This document shows, one piece after another, positions 59,219-64,000 of a stretch of 64,000 nucleotides of DNA. The notes under the pieces are model-generated. The model had not been told where the DNA came from. It saw only the letters and a program-made list of their open reading frames with translations, and ran no database searches. Both the position numbers and the translations under genes were made by a program. Position 1 is the first letter of the stretch. Every line of letters begins with the position of its first letter. This DNA comes from a virus (lineage: Duplodnaviria; Caudoviricetes), in IMG/VR virus record IMGVR_UViG_3300031953_000001; one strand, written 5' to 3'.

Positions 59219-60847
59219 ATGGCAACTGAACGAGCACCGTTTAATGTTAAGCTTCTAAAGCTGACGCCGGCGCAATTGCGCCTTATAAACCCAATCGCAA
59301 GTCTGGATCGCTTTGACGGTGCAGGCTCCGCCAACTTCCATGCGCATGGGTTGTTCTCCACCGAGATCTTCGGTCGTGTGGGCGATGAGGCCCGTGATCA
59401 GAACTTCGGGTACATTCCTTTAAAGACGGCCATACTCCACCCGGTCATCTACCAGCGCTTGGAACGCTTGAAACGTTTGTACATCGGTATCCTCTCAGGG
59501 AAAGAGTTTGCCGTTTGGGATACCGCCGAGAAAGACTTTGTGGCGTCTGATGAGTTGGATGGCCAGACCGGTTTTCAATTCTTCATGGAACACTGGGAAG
59601 AGTTGACCTTCCGTGACGGTGCCTCGGAAATCCGCAAGATGCGGATATCGTTGATTGATAAGTTCCGAGACGAGGCGGTGTTGAACAACGTGTTGGTTAT
59701 GCCCGCAGGCTTAAGAGACGCTGAGGTGGACAGTCTAGGTCGCACTCGAGAAGATGAGATCAACGACCACTACCGCAGCCTCATTCGAATCTCCAACACC
59801 ATTGCCAAGTCCACTAAAGGCGATTCCGAGGTCTTGAACGCCCCTCGCTGGTCAATGCAACAAGCGTTCAACGAAGTGTACGTGACCATCGAAAACATGC
59901 TTTCAGGTAAGAAGGGTTTCTTACAGGATAAGTGGGGCTCGCGGAACATCATGGACGGCACGCGAAACGTGATCTCCTCTATGGACATCTCCGCACCCGA
60001 CTTGGACAGCAAGGACTACCCAGGGCCGGACGATACCGTCTTAGGGCTGTGGCAGGTCTCACGAGGGGCTTTACCGGTCACCCTTGCGCGTCTACGTCAG
60101 AACTTGTTGGACGACGTCTTTGGCGATGTGGAAGGCAACGTTCGTCTGGTAGACACCAAAACCCGAGAGGCTGAGTTTGTACAAGTCTCCGCTCAAACGT
60201 ACGATCGCTGGACCACCACTGAGGGGTTGGAGAAAGTGGTTGGTATGCAGAAGATGATTGAGATGCGGGCCAAGCCGGTGATGATTGAAGGGCGCTACTT
60301 GATGTTGGTGTACAAGCCCAAATCCGATCTGGTGTTTAAGCTGTTCAACGACATCCGCGAATTGCCTGAAGGCCTCAGTAAGAAAGACGTCTACCCACTG
60401 ACCTACGAGGAACTGATCTACCTATCCAACTACCGAGAATGGAACAGCCTTAGGGTCATCTCCACTCGGTATCCGGTAGCGGAGGAAGGCAGTACTTATC
60501 CGTCGCGGGTCTTTCTAAGAACCACAGTAACGTCAGAGGCGCGGGTTGAGTTGGGGATGGATTGGCAACCGTTGCCTGCTGAGGACAACACCGCTAAGGT
60601 GTATCCGGTGTTTGATCCTGAGTCGTACATCGACTCCGCCATGGTGCACCCATACCGCGTTAAGGGCCTCAATGCTGATTACGATGGTGACATGATTTCT
60701 AACAACATCCTGTATACCAAAGAATCGATCGAGGAGATTGACCGTTACCTCAACTCGAAGTCGGCACACATAGATCCTGCCGGTGGCCTTAGAGCCAGCG
60801 CTTCGATCGATACGACTAATCTGGTCATGTACAACATCACCGGCTAA
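59219..60847 (+). CDS. virion RNA polymerase beta' subunit, catalytic part (phiKZ gp180-like)
   Basis: GLFSTEIFG, LHPVIY, GKKGF, RYPV, NADYDGD (60671-60691). Confidence 0.9.
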   Translation: MATERAPFNVKLLKLTPAQLRLINPIASLDRFDGAGSANFHAHGLFSTEIFGRVGDEARDQNFGYIPLKTAILHPVIYQRLERLKRLYIGILSGKEFAVWDTAEKDFVASDELDGQTGFQFFMEHWEELTFRDGASEIRKMRISLIDKFRDEAVLNNVLVMPAGLRDAEVDSLGRTREDEINDHYRSLIRISNTIAKSTKGDSEVLNAPRWSMQQAFNEVYVTIENMLSGKKGFLQDKWGSRNIMDGTRNVISSMDISAPDLDSKDYPGPDDTVLGLWQVSRGALPVTLARLRQNLLDDVFGDVEGNVRLVDTKTREAEFVQVSAQTYDRWTTTEGLEKVVGMQKMIEMRAKPVMIEGRYLMLVYKPKSDLVFKLFNDIRELPEGLSKKDVYPLTYEELIYLSNYREWNSLRVISTRYPVAEEGSTYPSRVFLRTTVTSEARVELGMDWQPLPAEDNTAKVYPVFDPESYIDSAMVHPYRVKGLNADYDGDMISNNILYTKESIEEIDRYLNSKSAHIDPAGGLRASASIDTTNLVMYNITG

Positions 60848-60881
60848 AGGTCGGTCGACCCACATTCGCTCGGAGTGCGTT

Positions 60882-63865
60882 ATGCAACCGTATGCTACGT
60901 TTTACCGCAATCACGGCATTCGCCTGAAGGCGCAGTTAACCAACCCGCCTCTGGGGGCGGTCAGCGACTTGATGTTGCCTAAAGACAGCATTGTTCATCA
61001 TCTAAGTATGGACGATGTGGCCTTAGGGCCAGAGCCGGAAGACGCGCTGTTCAAACACCACGATGGCCGTGTGTTGGTTGAGCACGTGGCGGAACTGAGT
61101 GGTCCTGTAGGTGGCCCTAGACCCAACCGCAGCACCCCACAAACCCAACTGTCACGCAATTACCACCGGCGCTTTCGCACCATGCGTCCGTTGCACGACT
61201 TTGATAAGTCTCTGCGCGATCCTCGCACGTTGATTGTTGAGAACTATGCCCACTTAAATCAGCTGTGGCAGTACATGCGTTCGGTCTACGCAGGTTACTA
61301 CAAGTGGCACAACATCTTAAAGACCCTGGTAGAAACCGTCAGTCTGCGGTGTGAGAACAACGACCGCCAACACTTCATCGCTATGAAGGCCCCTAATCGC
61401 CTGCCCACTCGTGCCATGCTAATGAAAGCCGAGCAAGGGCATAAAGCCATGCCTAAGGATTTGGTGGAGATCTTTGCCCGGCCGGAACAGATGTTCCTAT
61501 TGGAGCTGTGGACTTGGTTGGGGGAATCCTCAGACCAGTCGGTGTTCAGTGCGTTAAAACCCGAACATTACCACAAGATCAATCTGGTCTATGTCGAGAG
61601 TGGGTCTTGGTTTGTGGTCAACCTGGGGAAGTTGCTGGAAGTCTTTGGGGAAGAAGCCGATGACAGTGACGGCAGCACTCAGATGCAACGCTATTTCATG
61701 CGTCTGATGATCTCGGTGTTTGAATTGCGCACGGCGGTGATTAACGAAACCGACGACACTCAAGGTGAGGTCTCAACCGTAGTAACCAAAGACCCTGAGA
61801 ACCGTGTGGACGAGCAAGCCATCGACGAGGACTTGGAACAACTGGAAAAGTTGTCTGAGACCATCGCTGAGAAAGAAAGCACTCAGCCGCGTCAAGAAGC
61901 CCCAGAAGATTCTTCCGATGCTCTGTTACAACGTGTGGAGGAGATGGGCGAGAATGGCAAACTCTCACCCTCACAACAGAAACGCTTTATCAAACTGGTG
62001 GAACGGCATCGTCAGATCCCAAGCCCTTATGGTGAAGGTACCTTAGATGAGTACCGTAAGATCAGCCCTAAGGATTTGGAACTGAACCCTGAGTTGATCA
62101 AACTGCCAAAGATGGCGGGGGTGACGGATGAGTCCATGTTGGAATCCACACTCATGGCCTTTGACAGTCAGTACCTGAGCACGGTCTTTAACAAAGACGT
62201 TATTAATGCCGCCATGGCGGTGCAGAACGCTGGGGTGATTGTTACTGACTACGAGGTTGAGGAAATTGAGGACGCCGCGAATCACTTTCAACAAGTGACC
62301 ATGCGCCTGACGCCGATCGACGGAGAGCCGTCTACTGTTAGGTTCCGCTTACCGGTGGTGGATAAGGATGGGGTGTTTGTCGCCAACAACGTCAAGTACC
62401 GACTGCGCAAACAACGTGCCGATAAACCGATCCGTAAGACCACGCCGAGCAAAGTGGCCCTGACCTCGTACTACGCCAAAGCGTTTGTCGAACGGTCTCA
62501 GAAAAGCGTGGTCAACTACCCTAAGTGGTTGTCCAAGCAGATCGAGTTGAAAGGCATGGACAGTGAGGATGAGTCGGTCACCGACCTGAAACACATCAAG
62601 ACCTTTGTGTCAGATCAAACTCTGCCACGGATTTACACCATCTTGTCACACCACTTTCGTGAGTTTACCGTCGACGGTAAGTACCAAATCTACGTGGACT
62701 ACACTCGTCGCCTAACGCGTTTTACCGACGCGGTTGTCTTGGCGGTGGAAACGGATGGGTTTGTGTTTGTGGGGATGAGTGGGAATGATCCGTTGGTGGT
62801 GGATCAGAACAACACCTTCTATTTGGTGAAGAACGGGAAGCGAGAGATCCTGGGGCGCATTGAAGACCTGTTGGGGTTGGATGCCAGTAAAGCACCGGTG
62901 GAGATTGCTGAGTTGCAATTGTTCAGTAGAACCATCCCGGTGGGCATTGTGTTAGGTCATCGGATGGGCTTGAGTGAGCTGATGTCGTTGTTGGAGGTGG
63001 TGCCGCGGCGAGTCCCGGTTGGGGAGCGTTTAACGCTCACCGATGATGAGTACGCTCTGAGGTTTGCCGATGAGTCGTTGGTCTTTAATAAAGACAACCA
63101 GAAAGCGCAGTTGGTCTTAGCGGGGTTTAACCGCTATCATCGCAGCATCCGTCAGTACAATGTGGATACGTTCGATGATTCTGAAGTCTACGTCAATGTG
63201 ATGGAGGATAGTGGCATTCGGGTAGGGTCGGTGCGCGAACTGGAACTGACCATGGACATGTTCGTTGATCCGATCACTCGCGATTTGCTGGTAGAGATGA
63301 ATGAGCCTACCACCTTAGCGGGGTTGTTGATACGGTCGTGTGAGTTGCTGATGTTGGACTGGCATCCGGATGAGACCGACATGTCAGCGATGCGCATTCG
63401 GGGTTATGAGCGTATGGCGGGGGCGGTTTACAGCGAGTTGTTGAAAGGCGTTCGGCGTTACCGCTCACGAGGCGTTGGCAGTGCCGCTAAAGTGGACATC
63501 AACCCAGAAGCGGTGTGGATGAACATCAACAAAGACGCGAGCATCTCTCAGATTGAGGAATCCAACCCTATCCAGAACTTGAAGGAGAAAGAGTTGGTGA
63601 CCTACATGGGCACCGGTGGGCGAGGAACTCGCAGCATGGTCAAGCACACTCGAGCGTTTCACAAGAACGACTTGGGGGTGATCTCTGAGGCCACGGTGGA
63701 TTCATCCGCAGTCGGGGTGAACGCCTACCTCTCAGCCAACCCACAACTGAAAAGCCTGCGGGGTATTACCGGGCAGTACGTCTCTGGAGAAACCCCAAAC
63801 TCAGCCATGATCAGCACCTCAGCGTTGTTGGCTCCGGCCGCCGACGTGGATGATCCAAAGCGTGT
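60882..63865 (+). CDS. virion RNA polymerase beta subunit, N-terminal part (phiKZ gp178-like), exon 1
   Basis: SNPIQNLKE...TYMGTGGR, R.FH..DLG.ISEAT.DS, DDPKRV. The reading frame stops a few codons after this motif, inside intron-like sequence. Confidence 0.88.
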
Positions 63866-64000
63866 TAACCTTAGCACCCTTGCGTTGTAAGACGCATTGA
63901 ATAACTTCCCTAAAACGGGAAACTCTTACTTTTGAACGAGTATGAAGTAGTTTGACATATGGTATGTGATATCAATAGAGTACGTACCCATGTCAGAACC
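63866..64000 (+). mobile_element. group I intron, 5' part (continues beyond window)
   Basis: P1-like stem GUGUU/AGCAC with U63865.G63874 wobble; P2-like stem UGCGUU-GUAA-GACGCA (GNRA loop); CTAAAACGGGAAACTC (63910-63925) resembles the T4 td intron core; sharp drop in GC content. Confidence 0.78.

Noticed and set aside
63866-63890. RNAP beta as a truncated pseudogene
   Set aside because: The stop falls inside sequence with group I intron hallmarks, and the gene is essential in this phage group.
1-64000. Stop-codon reassignment, as in some large phages
   Set aside because: Standard code gives dense full-length genes ending in TAA, TAG and TGA with normal overlaps.
1-64000. tRNA or rRNA genes
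   Set aside because: Intergenic gaps are short and no cloverleaf with T-loop GTTC and acceptor stem was recognised by eye; tRNAscan-SE would settle it.

Overview
The window is 64 kb of a phiKZ-like (Chimalliviridae-type) jumbo phage genome. Evidence is the split virion RNA polymerase genes (beta N-terminal part, beta C-terminal part, beta' with NADYDGD), a gp181-like tail protein, a central spike plus PAAR-like tip, SbcC/Rad50, RNase H, UvsX and a spanin pair. phiKZ homolog assignments rest on motifs and remembered synteny, not on a search. The main observation is a tightly coupled minus-strand cluster of 15 genes (about 13.4 kb, 1-13402, running off the left edge) directly downstream of the tail-fibre genes. 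It encodes six radical SAM proteins with SPASM/twitch-like Cys tails, a JmjC-like hydroxylase, two 2OG-Fe(II) oxygenases, an intact FabF/FabB-type ketosynthase, two membrane fatty-acid desaturases (one missed by the ORF track), three hypothetical proteins and a 184-aa protein ending in CHTQ-CHSN-CHNS-RGRR. It reads like a phage-borne biosynthetic or protein-modification cluster. Other notable items: four dispersed DUF285/BspA-repeat paralogs with a shared N-terminal anchor and 5, 6, 6 and 11 repeats; a spike protein fused to an M15 peptidase while the gp181-like protein shows no recognisable lytic domain; and a predicted group I intron starting at about 63866 in the vRNAP beta gene. No tRNA, rRNA or CRISPR array was recognised.
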